A stretch of 64,000 nt of DNA, from positions 18,137-82,136 of the IMG/VR virus record IMGVR_UViG_3300028602_000005; one strand, 5' to 3'. Source of the DNA: a virus. Taxonomy: Duplodnaviria; Heunggongvirae; Uroviricota; Caudoviricetes. Of this stretch, positions 1-10,181 are shown piece by piece. Position numbers and translations under genes: made by a program. The notes below the pieces were generated by a model that saw nothing but the letters and a program-made list of their open reading frames with translations, had not been told where the DNA came from and did not search any database. The number at the start of each line of letters is the position of its first letter. Position 1 is the stretch's first letter.

Positions 1-1
1 A

Positions 2-712
2 GAATCTAATAATGATATTTGTGATGATATCATATGTAGAATTTATAATGAAGGTAATATTGATAAAATTTTAAAAGAAAAAACAATTGAAGAAATAAAA
101 AATGAATTTTATGAAAATAAAGTTTCTCTAATTAATCCATTAGAAAAACTTGAATATGAAAAATTGATTATATATTCTTTTCATTCAAAATTATATAATG
201 CTTTTACTATTGATGATTATTGTTTAAACGATTTATTTTCAAGTTATTTTTGTGATTTTAAAAAATTTGATGACCCTGGAAGAGAATTTGAATTAGTAGA
301 TTTTACTTTTGAAATTGAAATGTCAGCAACATGTTTTGCACAATTTAAAAGACATAGGATGATGACTCTTTTATCATATGGTTATAATAGTGATTTTCTT
401 AGAATTCCAGTTTCATTTAATGAAGATATGAAAAATAAGTTTTTAGAATTGGTAGGATTTGATTCAAAACATGTTTTAGAAAATTATCTTTTAATATTTG
501 ATTCACCAATAGAAGATTATCTTTTAACAAATGCTCATAAAAGAAAAATAATAGTTAAAGTTAATGCAAGAGAATTATATAAAATGGCTAATTTAAGATT
601 AGATGAACACGCTCAATGGGAAATAAAAGAAGTTGTTAGAAAAATGGTAGATCAAGCTAAAGAAGTTGCTCCATATGTTATGATGATGGCAAAAGGAAAA
701 AGTGAATTTTAA
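2..712 (+). CDS. Hypothetical protein, 5'-partial. The reading frame is open from the window edge; the ORF track shows 164-712 from a TTG start.
   Basis: Frame open from nt 2 to the stop at 710-712. No convincing motif: the RHR...S stretch does not fit the ThyX RHRX7S spacing. Confidence 0.45.
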   Translation, partial: ESNNDICDDIICRIYNEGNIDKILKEKTIEEIKNEFYENKVSLINPLEKLEYEKLIIYSFHSKLYNAFTIDDYCLNDLFSSYFCDFKKFDDPGREFELVDFTFEIEMSATCFAQFKRHRMMTLLSYGYNSDFLRIPVSFNEDMKNKFLELVGFDSKHVLENYLLIFDSPIEDYLLTNAHKRKIIVKVNARELYKMANLRLDEHAQWEIKEVVRKMVDQAKEVAPYVMMMAKGKSEF

Positions 713-750
713 AAAACAAAAAAAGAGGACATTGAATTAATTTCAAATGT
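711..750. terminator. Bidirectional hairpin terminator between convergent genes
   Basis: AAAAGAGGACATT-loop-AATGTCCTCTTTT with flanking A and T runs, between + gene end 712 and - gene end 762. Confidence 0.6.
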
Positions 751-761
751 CCTCTTTTTTA

Positions 762-1133
762 TCATACAAGTAAACTGATAAACCTATGAATGTCATCTAC
801 TTTAACATTCATAGAAATGATTTTATTCAAATACTTTTTTACCATAGGTCTTTTCAAATTTGTTAATATAGTTCTTTGTTTGTTTTTTCGTTTTATGAAT
901 AATCTTCTATCGGTGATTGGTATTACATTTATTTCATAATTTTCTGAATTTATTTTTTCGATCAATCTTTTAATTCTTTTCATTTTTTCTTCTGAATCAT
1001 CATTTATGAAAAGAGTTATTTGGAATAAATCATCAGCTTTTTCATCAACAGATTTAATAATGAAATTATTAATGTCAATAAAACACTCAGTTATCGTGTT
1101 AAATGATTGTTCCATTTGAATGAGATTTTTCAT
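762..1133 (-). CDS. Hypothetical protein
   Basis: 123-aa ORF, no overlaps, AT-rich codon usage typical of the window. Confidence 0.45.
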   Translation of the reverse strand: MKNLIQMEQSFNTITECFIDINNFIIKSVDEKADDLFQITLFINDDSEEKMKRIKRLIEKINSENYEINVIPITDRRLFIKRKNKQRTILTNLKRPMVKKYLNKIISMNVKVDDIHRFISLLV

Positions 1134-1154
1134 TTAATCCTCCATTTAGATTTT

Positions 1155-1442
1155 TCAGATCCACTTCCATTTTTTAGGTTCGAAAATTCCATTATTACAA
1201 AACAAATTCTTTTTTCCTCTATAATATAAAGTTTTATTTAAGATATCATAGAGAAAACCGCTATCGAATTCAAACCGTAAAATAATATCTATTTTTGGGT
1301 TTCCTTCAAATACAGAAAATAAACTCCCATCAAAAAACAATTCTGTTTTTGAAGGTAATTCAATTTTTCCACTTTTTATCTTGTCTATTTGATCTTTGAA
1401 CCTGAATATTTCTATCTTGTCCTTAGTTTTTAACTGTACCAT
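1155..1442 (-). CDS. Hypothetical protein
   Basis: 95-aa ORF; GGAGG-like RBS in the reverse complement (aggaggaaact) just upstream. Confidence 0.45.
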   Translation of the reverse strand: MVQLKTKDKIEIFRFKDQIDKIKSGKIELPSKTELFFDGSLFSVFEGNPKIDIILRFEFDSGFLYDILNKTLYYRGKKNLFCNNGIFEPKKWKWI

Positions 1443-1550
1443 AGTTTCCTCCTAATTTAATAGGAAAAAATAAATTCAGATTTATTTTAACAATATATTT
1501 CATATTGATTTTTTTAGAAGTTAACAACCCCAATCATTTTAATTCAAATA

Positions 1551-1563
1551 TTAATATATATAG
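1551..1563. promoter_or_regulatory. Conserved element TTAATATATATAG (motif 1), copy 1
   Basis: Exact 13-mer in a divergent intergenic region, 84 nt upstream of the + gene at 1635. Eight further copies are listed below. Confidence 0.45.
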
Positions 1564-1586
1564 TTTTAAATAATATAATGATCTTA

Positions 1587-1600
1587 TTTAGCGCAAAAAA
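1587..1600 (+). promoter_or_regulatory. Variant of motif 2 (tTTAGcgCAAAAAA)
   Basis: Lies between motif 1 and the ATG at 1635, with the same spacing as the consensus copies. Confidence 0.3.
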
Positions 1601-1634
1601 AATAAATAAATAATAAAATATAAAGGAGAATTGT

Positions 1635-1934
1635 ATGAAAAATTTTAAAAAATATATACACCATGAAAAAGAAGTTTGGGTAGAAATGTCATTAAAAGGA
1701 AAACATAGAGAAAATTGTCTATGTTATTCATGTAAAAAATTTAATACAGAAAATAGAGATAAAAATTGCAAGACAGCAAATACACTATATGCTTTGTGTG
1801 TAGAATTTGATGTAGTAACACCAGTTTATGAATGTCCAAATTTTGAAGAAATTATTTATATTGAACCAAAAGATGAATTAATAAGTTCTCTTTTTGAAAA
1901 TCTTCATCTTGATTATTCTAAAAAGAAGGTTTAA
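1635..1934 (+). CDS. Small Cys-rich protein, hypothetical
   Basis: 99 aa with CxCxxC and CxxxC pairs; AAGGAG RBS 7 nt upstream. Confidence 0.5.
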   Translation: MKNFKKYIHHEKEVWVEMSLKGKHRENCLCYSCKKFNTENRDKNCKTANTLYALCVEFDVVTPVYECPNFEEIIYIEPKDELISSLFENLHLDYSKKKV

Positions 1935-1937
1935 ATT

Positions 1938-2420
1938 ATGAAAAAAATTATTATAGTATCACCACATCCAGATGATGAATTAATAGGTTGTTATGAAATA
2001 ATCAAAAAATATATAAATGCTGAAATAATCATTATTTATACATCAAATGAAATAAACAAAATAAGAAGAGAAGAATGTTTAAAATTAAAAGAAAAATTTG
2101 AAAATATAAGAGGTCAAATGTTTTTAAATACTATACCTTCACCTTTAATATCTAAAGAAATTTCTTATTTTTTAACAGATCCAATTAATGAGTATAATCC
2201 AGAGCATATGAGAATTGGAAATATTGGAGAACAAATGTTTAGAGATGGATTCGATATTACATTTTATTCTACCCAAATGAATGTTCCTTATATTCATGAA
2301 GTTTCTAATCCTGAATGTAAAAGAGATTTATTAGATGAAATATATTCAAGTCAATCGTCTTTATGGAAATATGAGCATAAATATTTTTTATATGAAGGTA
2401 GATATAAATGGATTTTATAA
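1938..2420 (+). CDS. LmbE/PIG-L family N-acetylglucosaminyl deacetylase-like protein
   Basis: N-terminal IIVSPHPDDELIG matches the PIG-L/LmbE zinc-binding (A/S)HPDDE signature. Confidence 0.55.
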   Translation: MKKIIIVSPHPDDELIGCYEIIKKYINAEIIIIYTSNEINKIRREECLKLKEKFENIRGQMFLNTIPSPLISKEISYFLTDPINEYNPEHMRIGNIGEQMFRDGFDITFYSTQMNVPYIHEVSNPECKRDLLDEIYSSQSSLWKYEHKYFLYEGRYKWIL

Positions 2421-2638
2421 AAATAATAGAATTATCAGCAACTATTTTAATATTATTATCAGTTTATTTAATTTCAATTCCAAAGCTCCTAGGTCAAAAG
2501 ATAATGATTATTGGCCAATTGCTTTGGATAATATTTGCTTTTTTAACAAAGTCATATTTTTTCCTAATACAAAGTATAATTTTATTATTTTTTAATATAT
2601 TGGCTATAATAAATTGGAAAAAGAAAGGTATTGATTGA
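2408..2638 (+). CDS. Small hydrophobic membrane protein
   Basis: 76 aa, two predicted TM helices, start overlaps the upstream gene end. Preferred over the nested 2335-2595 ORF. Confidence 0.35.
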   Translation: MDFIKIIELSATILILLSVYLISIPKLLGQKIMIIGQLLWIIFAFLTKSYFFLIQSIILLFFNILAIINWKKKGID

Positions 2639-2853
2639 TGCTTTTGTATAAGATTTTATTTAATGTAAGTCTCGTATATGTTTTGTATGTTTCATTATTA
2701 AGTACTTACAATTTTTTTAAAACTGAAATTGAAGTTTTAAAAAATAAAGAATTAGATGTTTTAAGTAAAATTTTATTTAAATTTTTAAAATTAGGAAGTT
2801 TTTCAATTTCAGTTTTTATAATTTATGTAATAGTAAAGGAATTTTTAAAATGA
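2635..2853 (+). CDS. Small membrane protein
   Basis: 72 aa, hydrophobic; start and stop overlap its neighbours in an operon-like arrangement. Confidence 0.35.
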   Translation: MMLLYKILFNVSLVYVLYVSLLSTYNFFKTEIEVLKNKELDVLSKILFKFLKLGSFSISVFIIYVIVKEFLK

Positions 2854-3788
2854 AACTTTTTATAATCCCACAACTTCCAATTAAAATGAGATATCAAGGA
2901 TTTTGGTGGAGAGAAATGTTTGAAAATTTAAAAGAATATTTTAATGAGGTTGAATTATTAAGTGAATGGTGGTATGAAACAGTTTTAGAAGCATCAAAAG
3001 ATGATTTTTCAAATGTTAGAATGTCGATAAAAACGGAATTAGAACATACAAATGTATTTTTAAATAAATTAGAAGATTTTAAAGAAGATGATATTTTATT
3101 ACATTGCGATCTTAGTTTTCCTGGATTTTTTCATAATATATTACATCACTATCCTATAAAAAATGCTTTTTGTTATTGTCATGCAACTAGTTTAAATAAT
3201 TTAGATTATTTTAAAAATGTAAGAAAAACAAAATGGTTATATGAAAAAGCAACAATTGGTTTATATAAAAAAGTATTTGTTGGGAGTGAATATCATAGGA
3301 AAAAATTAAATCAAAAAAATGTGATAACTGTTGGTGTTCCAAAACCACCATATGAAACTTTTAAAGAAGAAAAAATTTATGATATTATTTCAGTTGCTAG
3401 AAATAATGAACAAAAAATAACAAAAAAATTAGAAGATTTAGTTGAAAAAGATTTTGGTCCAATTATAAGAAAAAAATGTGATACATGGGAAGATTATTAT
3501 AAGTTTTTATCACAGGGAAAAATATTATTAATAACAGCAAAGGAGGAAACATTTGGATATTCAGCACTTGAAGCTAATATGAATAACACTGTTGTATTGG
3601 CACCAAATGCTTTTTCATATCCAGAATTATTTAAAGAAGAATATTTATATAAAGATTATGAAGAGTTAAAAAATAAAATAACTAATATTTTAAATAGTGA
3701 AAATTACAAAGTTCCAAAAATGAATAATATAGAATTAGTAGAAAATTTTTATGAAAACATATCAAAAATAATGAAAGGATCAATATAA
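2850..3788 (+). CDS. GT-B fold glycosyltransferase (GT4-like)
   Basis: C-terminal EETFGYSALEANMNNTVVLAP fits the GT4 E-x7-E motif; 312 aa; ATGA start overlap with the upstream gene. Confidence 0.5.
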   Translation: MKLFIIPQLPIKMRYQGFWWREMFENLKEYFNEVELLSEWWYETVLEASKDDFSNVRMSIKTELEHTNVFLNKLEDFKEDDILLHCDLSFPGFFHNILHHYPIKNAFCYCHATSLNNLDYFKNVRKTKWLYEKATIGLYKKVFVGSEYHRKKLNQKNVITVGVPKPPYETFKEEKIYDIISVARNNEQKITKKLEDLVEKDFGPIIRKKCDTWEDYYKFLSQGKILLITAKEETFGYSALEANMNNTVVLAPNAFSYPELFKEEYLYKDYEELKNKITNILNSENYKVPKMNNIELVENFYENISKIMKGSI

Positions 3789-4123
3789 TGAACCCTAAAG
3801 ATGGTGGTGTTAGTGTATGTGTTAATAAATCACAAGAAAAACCGAGAATTGGAAGTTTATTGTATAATTAAATGATACAGAAATTTTAATTACAACAATT
3901 GAAGATGATATTAGTTTTATTTTTTAAAATTTAGTAGATATATTATCAAATGAGAATTATCCTCCAGAGCAACTTACAAAAGAAACGACATCAATAGAAA
4001 ATTCATGTAAACTATCTGAATATGTTTATAGGTTAAATAATAAATTATCTAAAATACATGATAGTCTTAATGAATTTAAGAATAGAAGTAATGAAGGTTT
4101 AAAATAAGAAAGGATATTTAAAA

Positions 4124-4402
4124 ATGGATTATAATAAATTTACAGATAAAGAAACTGAGTGTGGAATTTTACAGAAAATTGATGATATAGAGAAAGAATT
4201 ATTTGGTTTGTGTAATTCTATTTCAGATCTTATTACAACTCTTTCAGTAATTTTTAAAGAAGGTAATTTAACAGTATTAGGTGTTTTTTCTAAAAAAGAT
4301 GAAACGAAATCAGAGATTTTCCATCAATTAGAAAATATAGAAAATTCAATTATTAAATATAGTAATATAATTTCAGATATTAATAAAAAAATAGATTTAT
4401 AA
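4124..4402 (+). CDS. Hypothetical protein
   Basis: 92-aa ORF, predicted helical. Confidence 0.4.
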   Translation: MDYNKFTDKETECGILQKIDDIEKELFGLCNSISDLITTLSVIFKEGNLTVLGVFSKKDETKSEIFHQLENIENSIIKYSNIISDINKKIDL

Positions 4403-4421
4403 AGGAGATTTAAAAAAAAGA

Positions 4422-5432
4422 ATGAAAAAAATTTTAGTGACTGGTGGTTGTGGTTTTATTGGACATCATTTTGTTGAACACTTTATAAAGGAAACAGATT
4501 GGGAAGTCATTGTTTTAGATAAACTTTCAGAAGCTTCTCATGGTTTTAATAGATTGAGAGATATAGATTGTTTTAATGAAAAGAGAGTAAAAATATTTGC
4601 AACTGATTTAAATGTTCCAATTAATGACGGAATAAAAAAAGAAATTGGAGAAGTTGATTATATTATTAATATGGCAAGTGAAAGTCATGTAGATAATTCA
4701 ATTGTGAATCCAGTTCCATTTATAAAAAACAATATTAATCTTGTTTTGAATATGTTAGAGTGGTTGAGAGAAATGAAAAATGTTAGTAAATTCGTGCAGT
4801 TTAGTTCGGATGAGACAATGGGAGTCGCACCATTAGGAGTTAATTATAAAGAAGGTGATAGAATTAATCCTGGGAATCCATATTCAGCAAGTAAAGCGGC
4901 ACAAGAAGCAATTGTAATGGCATATGCAAATACTTATCAACTTCCTATAATTATTACAAATACAATGAATGTTATTGGAGAAAGACAGGATGTTGAAAAG
5001 TTTGTTCCTATGGTAATTAAAAAAGTTCTTGATAATGAAACAGTTACAATTCATGCTGATAAAACGAAAACTATCGCAGGATCAAGATTTTATATTCACG
5101 CAAGAAATGTCGCAAAAGCAATTCATTTTATTCTTGACAATGTTAATGAAAAAATGGATAAGATAGATGCAAGTAAAGGGAAATTTCATATTGTGGGTGA
5201 AAAAGAAATTGATAATTTATCTCTAGCTCAAATGATTGCGAAATCTTTGAGAAAAGAATTAAAATATGAAATGGTAGATTTTCATTCTTCTCGTCCAGGT
5301 CATGATTTAAGATATGCTATGGATGGAACTAAAATGAAAAATCTTGGATGGGAACCACCGATGACTATTGAAGATAGTTTACATAAAGTAGTTCAATGGA
5401 CAATTAAACACTCACAATGGTTGTTAAAATAA
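4422..5432 (+). CDS. NAD(P)-dependent sugar epimerase/dehydratase, dTDP-glucose 4,6-dehydratase-like
   Basis: Rossmann motif VTGGCGFIGHH at the N-terminus, catalytic YSASK (YxxxK), length 336 aa; AAGGAG RBS. Confidence 0.75.
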   Translation: MKKILVTGGCGFIGHHFVEHFIKETDWEVIVLDKLSEASHGFNRLRDIDCFNEKRVKIFATDLNVPINDGIKKEIGEVDYIINMASESHVDNSIVNPVPFIKNNINLVLNMLEWLREMKNVSKFVQFSSDETMGVAPLGVNYKEGDRINPGNPYSASKAAQEAIVMAYANTYQLPIIITNTMNVIGERQDVEKFVPMVIKKVLDNETVTIHADKTKTIAGSRFYIHARNVAKAIHFILDNVNEKMDKIDASKGKFHIVGEKEIDNLSLAQMIAKSLRKELKYEMVDFHSSRPGHDLRYAMDGTKMKNLGWEPPMTIEDSLHKVVQWTIKHSQWLLK

Positions 5433-5453
5433 TCATTTGGAGGTCTTTGAAAA

Positions 5454-5978
5454 GTGTTTAAAACTTTTAACGATTGGCTGTTCGATGGAAACATCAAATC
5501 AGAAATTCCAAAAGAATTAGTGAAATATAATTCACCAATAACTAATAAATATGTTATAAGTCTTTTTTTAAATACTGGATTTTTTAATTATTACTTAAAT
5601 AAATATATGAATAAGAATAATTTATATTTTTTAAAAAGAGAAGATGTTTTTAATTTCGTTAAGGAATTTGTTATTAAAAATAAATTTACAAGAAGACATA
5701 TTCCATATCTAAAAAGATATTATTCAAAAAATTTTAATACATATGATAAATTGAGAGAAATATATCCTGAAATGAAAAATTCAGATATAGTTCTATTATG
5801 TGAAATTGTTGAAAATTCTGAAGATAAAGATAAAATATATTATTCTTTAGGTATAACTAAAGATTATGAAAAAGAAAAAATCAAAAAAAGTGATAAAAAA
5901 AATAAAGAAATTAAAGATAAATATTCATTAAAAGATTTAATGAAAAATTTTAATATTATAATGGTAGAATCTTCTTAA
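5454..5978 (+). CDS. Hypothetical protein
   Basis: 174-aa ORF with a K-rich C-terminus. Confidence 0.45.
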   Translation: MFKTFNDWLFDGNIKSEIPKELVKYNSPITNKYVISLFLNTGFFNYYLNKYMNKNNLYFLKREDVFNFVKEFVIKNKFTRRHIPYLKRYYSKNFNTYDKLREIYPEMKNSDIVLLCEIVENSEDKDKIYYSLGITKDYEKEKIKKSDKKNKEIKDKYSLKDLMKNFNIIMVESS

Positions 5979-5989
5979 AAAAATAATAT

Positions 5990-6021
5990 GGGATAAGGAT
6001 CTTTTAATAGATCCTTATCCC
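5990..6021. terminator. Bidirectional hairpin terminator
   Basis: Perfect 12-bp stem GGGATAAGGATC / GATCCTTATCCC with a TTTTAATA loop, between convergent genes at 5978 and 6090. Confidence 0.65.
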
Positions 6022-6089
6022 TTTTAATAAATATGATAGCATTATAATTATTTTTTCAAAATTTATTTTAATTTTATAATATAATTAAT

Positions 6090-6713
6090 TTATATACAAT
6101 TTGCTTCTAATTCAGAACACATTTCCTTATGAAAATTAAATTGATTTAATTCTTCATCAGAATTTATTATCCTCTGAGGATTTTCGGTTGATTCATATGT
6201 TGACTTATTATGATCATATGCCCCCAATCCATTACATTTTTCACACATTTTTATTTGTGCTGTTTCCAATGGTCTTATTGTTTGAATCAATGTACCGAAA
6301 CCATTACATCGTGGGCAAATTTTTCCTTCATGTTTTTTTGTTCTTCGATAAACATATTTACCTGTACCTTTACATACTTTACATTTTTCTCCAGATTTAT
6401 CTATTCCATCTTTACATATCCTACAAGTAACAGTGAGTTTGCCACTACCCAAACAATCAGGACAAATTGATTTTACATCATATGTATCATATGATACTTT
6501 AACTCCAAAACCATTACATTCCTCACAACCATTTTCAACCGAAACAAAAATAAGAGGAACTTTTTTTGCTATTTCTAAAAGAATAGAATTCTTTTTTTCA
6601 ATTTCCTCTTTTGTAGGGTTTGATTTAATAAATGAATTGATAAATTCATACATCTTTATTTTGTTGATGGTGTTTGGAAATTCAAAACTTTGTTTTTCTT
6701 GGCTTTCACTCAT
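6090..6713 (-). CDS. DnaJ-type zinc-finger (CxxCxGxG) repeat protein
   Basis: Five or more repeats: CEECNGFG, CPDCLGSGK, CKVCKGTGK, CPRCNGFGT, CEKCNGLGA; 207 aa. Confidence 0.6.
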   Translation of the reverse strand: MSESQEKQSFEFPNTINKIKMYEFINSFIKSNPTKEEIEKKNSILLEIAKKVPLIFVSVENGCEECNGFGVKVSYDTYDVKSICPDCLGSGKLTVTCRICKDGIDKSGEKCKVCKGTGKYVYRRTKKHEGKICPRCNGFGTLIQTIRPLETAQIKMCEKCNGLGAYDHNKSTYESTENPQRIINSDEELNQFNFHKEMCSELEANCI

Positions 6714-6809
6714 TTTATTCTCCTTAAATTTATTTAGAATAGAAAAACAAAAAAACAGATTTAACTAAAAATATTAACCTCCTATAAAAATATTTTATTA
6801 CTTCAAAAA

Positions 6810-6822
6810 TTAATATATATAA
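6810..6822. promoter_or_regulatory. Motif 1 copy (TTAATATATATAA)
   Basis: About 100 nt upstream of the polymerase ATG at 6913. A motif-2 variant acAAGAACAAAAAAc follows at 6869-6883. Confidence 0.45.
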
Positions 6823-6912
6823 TGTTTTGTTTTTAACATAAAAGTTTTATAGCACATAATATAATATTACAAGAACAAAAAACTATTGAACAGAAAGGAA
6901 TTATAAAAATTA

Positions 6913-9900
6913 ATGTTTTGTATTAAGTCTTCTTTTGCTGATTGTTTTTCTTGTCCTCTCATAAATGCAAATTCTTGTATTCTTGAAACAAATTCCAAGG
7001 AAAATTTAAAAGATATTGATGTAATATTTATATCTGAAAATCCTGGAAAAAAAGAAATAGAATCAGAAATCCCATTAACAGGAAAAGCTGAAAAAATTTT
7101 CAGAAAATATTTTGATAAATACATTAAAAATGAATTTAAATGGGTTTTAACTAATACAGTTTTATGTATTACATTAAATCCTGATGGATCTACAGGCGAT
7201 CCAACTGATGAAATTATAGATAAATGTAAAGAAAATTGTTTTAAAATTATTGAAGAATGCAATCCTAAATTAATAGTTTTATTAGGAACAATTCCAATGA
7301 AAGCATTTGGAATTGCTTCACATGGTATTACAGATTTAAGAGGAAAATTATATAAATGGAGAGGATATAATCTTTACTTAACTTTAAATCCTTCTTTTAT
7401 AAACATACAAAAAAATTATGAACCAAAATTTGAGGAAGATTTTATAGAGATAGGTAAACTTTTAAATATTAAAAAAGGTAGAGAAAGTGGTAATTTTCAA
7501 ACAGAAAAAGATAAGAAATTAAATTTATATAAATCGGGTAAAATAGGTCCATATTATTATAAAATACCTCAAAAATATTATACAGAAGATTATAAACTTA
7601 TTGATGTTCAATTTTTATCTAAAGTTAAAAAGGTTGTTTATATATTTAGAGATAAAAATAATGAAAAATTCTATCATTACGAAAATGATGATTATTATTG
7701 TTATATTCCTAGAAATGATAATGTTGAAAAATTAAAGGTTATTTCATATGATGATCTTGAACAAATAAAAGTTCCTTATTCTGAAAAATATTCACTTGAT
7801 CCTGAAAGTACTTATGAGGGTGATCTAAAGATAACAGTTAAACACACTCATGATTATTATTTACAAAAAAAATGTGATGAACCTGAAATTGATTTAAATA
7901 TAGTTTATTTAGATATTGAAACTTTTTCAGAATCTTTAGGACATTCAAATGTAAATGACGCAGAAGATTATGTTGTTATGATTACAACAAAATTCAAAAA
8001 AGAATTGAAAACATTTGTTATCGATCCTAAGTATTTAATTAAAGATAATAAACAAGAAATAAAAAAAGATCAAAATACATTAATTTTTAAAAATGAAAAA
8101 GACTTATTAACAAATTTTGCAAAATATATTCTTTCTATAAATCCTGACATCTTAACTGGATGGTATACTAATTCATTCGACTTACCTTATATAATAAATA
8201 GAATGACAAAAAACAGAATATCCCCAGAAATTTTATCTCCATTAAAACAAGTTTATTGTGATTTTAATGGGTATGTAGATATTGCTGGAATGATTTGTTT
8301 AGATATGATCGAACTATATAAACAATTTGTTCAAAATAAAAGAGAGTCTTATAGTTTGGATGCTATTTCAAATATTCATATAGATGAAGGAAAACTTGAA
8401 AAATCTTCAGATTTTAGTAAATTATATAAAACCAATGTTAATAGATCAATTGATTATAATATTCAAGACGTTATTCTTTTAGAGAAATTGGATGAGCGAT
8501 TAAAACATATTAAATTAATGGACGAACTAAGAAAAATTTGTAAAGCTCCTTATAGATCTGCTACAAGTCAAATGGGTCAATTAGATTCTCTTATTTTATC
8601 TTTCTTAAAGGTTCAAAAACTTTGTGCAAAAAATAGAGTAGTAAAAGAAAAAGAAGGATTTAAAGGGGCATTTGTTAAAGAACCGATTATTGGATTACAT
8701 GATTATTTGGTAGACTTTGACTTTACATCACTATACCCATCAATTATTATGACTTTAAATATTGGGATTAATACATTTTTTATGAAACTTAAAAGAGAAG
8801 ATCTAGGATATGAATTAACGTATAATAGAGATGCTTTTCCAGAAGAAGTTGATATAATCTTTAATCCGGTAGAAAATAGTTATGAAAAAAGAATTAATAA
8901 GAATGAATTATTTAAACTAATAAATGATGAAAATTTATGTTTCTCTATAAATGGATGTTTTTTCAAAAAAGATCAATTATCATATTATAGTACTATATTA
9001 GAATTACTTTTAACTTCAAGAAGATATAATAAAAAATTAATGTTTGAATCAAAAAAGAAAAAAGATGAAAACGCTGAAAGTCTTTATGATATAAAACAAA
9101 AAGTTTATAAAGTGTTGGCAAATGCATTATATGGAGTGTTAGGAAATCCTTATTTTAGATTTTTCAATGTTGATTGTGCAAAATCAATTACTTTAACTGG
9201 TCAGGAAATGATTAAAAATTCTATTATTGAGGCTGAAAATTATGTTGATTATTTAAAGACAGGTAAACATATAAAACCTGAAATTATAACAAAGAAAGAA
9301 ATAGAGAGTAATCAATATGAAAGACCTGCAAAGCATATAGTAACAAGTGATACAGATAGTTTATTTATCACATTTGAAAATATAATAAATAAAAAAGATG
9401 AAAACATTATAGAAAAAATAGATAAATATTGTGTTCAAGTTCAGAAATTTTTAAATGAAGAAATTATAGCACATTTAGTTAAAAAACACAACATAGATAC
9501 AACAATGAATAAACTTGAATTAAAAAATGAATTAATTATAGATAGAAGTTTATTTTTATCTAAAAAGCATTATGCGATTCATGTTATTAAAAGAGAGGGA
9601 GTTTTAATAAATGAAAATATTTCTATGGGTTTAGATACAAAGAGATCTGATTATCCTTCATATACGAAGGAATGTTTAGAAAAACTTATAGATATGATTT
9701 TGAATGATAAATCGTTTTCAATTATCAAAATCTTTGATTTTATAGAAGATGTTAAAAAAGAATTTGCAATTAAAATAACTAAAGGTGATAAAACAGTAGC
9801 AAGACCTGTATCATTTAATAAAAAAATAGAAGAATATAAATCAATAACTCAGGCTGTTAGAGGAATGGGGTATTGGAATGATATTGAATATGTTGCTTTT

Positions 9901-10170
9901 CAAACAGGATCTAAAGGTTATCTTTTTCAAATTCATGGAATAGATTTAGAAAAAGCACCTGAAAATGTAAAAAATAATTATATTAATAAATATTTAAATA
10001 ATGGTAAATCTATTGATGTCATAGTTTTACCTGAAGATGAAGATAGATTACCAAATTATTATATAGTTAAAAATAATGAAATGTTAGATTTCGCATGGAA
10101 AAAAAGATATGAACTTCTTCTTGATCCAATAATTAAAAATAATGAAAAAACTGACCCACTTACATTTTAG
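6913..10170 (+). CDS. Family B DNA polymerase with 3'-5' exonuclease and an N-terminal family-4 uracil-DNA glycosylase-like domain
   Basis: N-terminal 190 aa carry a CxxC...C cluster, a GEAPG-like FISENPGKKE, and an HPSP-like LTLNPSF. Exo I is YLDIETF. Pol motif A is DFTSLYPSII, the KxY region is YGVLG, and motif C is VTSDTDSLF. Total 1085 aa. Confidence 0.85.
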   Translation: MFCIKSSFADCFSCPLINANSCILETNSKENLKDIDVIFISENPGKKEIESEIPLTGKAEKIFRKYFDKYIKNEFKWVLTNTVLCITLNPDGSTGDPTDEIIDKCKENCFKIIEECNPKLIVLLGTIPMKAFGIASHGITDLRGKLYKWRGYNLYLTLNPSFINIQKNYEPKFEEDFIEIGKLLNIKKGRESGNFQTEKDKKLNLYKSGKIGPYYYKIPQKYYTEDYKLIDVQFLSKVKKVVYIFRDKNNEKFYHYENDDYYCYIPRNDNVEKLKVISYDDLEQIKVPYSEKYSLDPESTYEGDLKITVKHTHDYYLQKKCDEPEIDLNIVYLDIETFSESLGHSNVNDAEDYVVMITTKFKKELKTFVIDPKYLIKDNKQEIKKDQNTLIFKNEKDLLTNFAKYILSINPDILTGWYTNSFDLPYIINRMTKNRISPEILSPLKQVYCDFNGYVDIAGMICLDMIELYKQFVQNKRESYSLDAISNIHIDEGKLEKSSDFSKLYKTNVNRSIDYNIQDVILLEKLDERLKHIKLMDELRKICKAPYRSATSQMGQLDSLILSFLKVQKLCAKNRVVKEKEGFKGAFVKEPIIGLHDYLVDFDFTSLYPSIIMTLNIGINTFFMKLKREDLGYELTYNRDAFPEEVDIIFNPVENSYEKRINKNELFKLINDENLCFSINGCFFKKDQLSYYSTILELLLTSRRYNKKLMFESKKKKDENAESLYDIKQKVYKVLANALYGVLGNPYFRFFNVDCAKSITLTGQEMIKNSIIEAENYVDYLKTGKHIKPEIITKKEIESNQYERPAKHIVTSDTDSLFITFENIINKKDENIIEKIDKYCVQVQKFLNEEIIAHLVKKHNIDTTMNKLELKNELIIDRSLFLSKKHYAIHVIKREGVLINENISMGLDTKRSDYPSYTKECLEKLIDMILNDKSFSIIKIFDFIEDVKKEFAIKITKGDKTVARPVSFNKKIEEYKSITQAVRGMGYWNDIEYVAFQTGSKGYLFQIHGIDLEKAPENVKNNYINKYLNNGKSIDVIVLPEDEDRLPNYYIVKNNEMLDFAWKKRYELLLDPIIKNNEKTDPLTF

Positions 10171-10181
10171 GAGAAATTATT

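Noticed and set aside
2-712. ThyX (flavin-dependent thymidylate synthase) assignment for the first gene, based on an RHR...S segment
   Set aside because: The spacing is RHR-x5-S rather than the RHRX7S signature, and no other ThyX motifs were recognised. It is left as hypothetical.
2335-2595. 86-aa ORF nested between two overlapping small membrane-protein ORFs
   Set aside because: It shares almost all its sequence with 2408-2638 in another frame. The latter has the better start context and continues the operon.
3927-4122. An open reading frame of about 65 codons without an ATG/GTG/TTG start in the 335-nt gap between 3788 and 4124
   Set aside because: There is no plausible start codon or RBS. 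It is noted only because stop-free stretches are uncommon in this AT-rich DNA. It could be a gene remnant.
6188-6768. Three + strand ORFs (6188-6430, 6210-6470, 6433-6768) overlapping the minus-strand CxxCxGxG gene
   Set aside because: Hydrophobic, low-complexity translations antisense to a well-motifed gene. They are artefacts of AT-rich sequence.
6867-7262. Minus-strand ORF of 131 aa overlapping the start of the DNA polymerase gene
   Set aside because: It lies entirely inside the strongly supported polB reading frame, has no RBS, and is compositionally odd.
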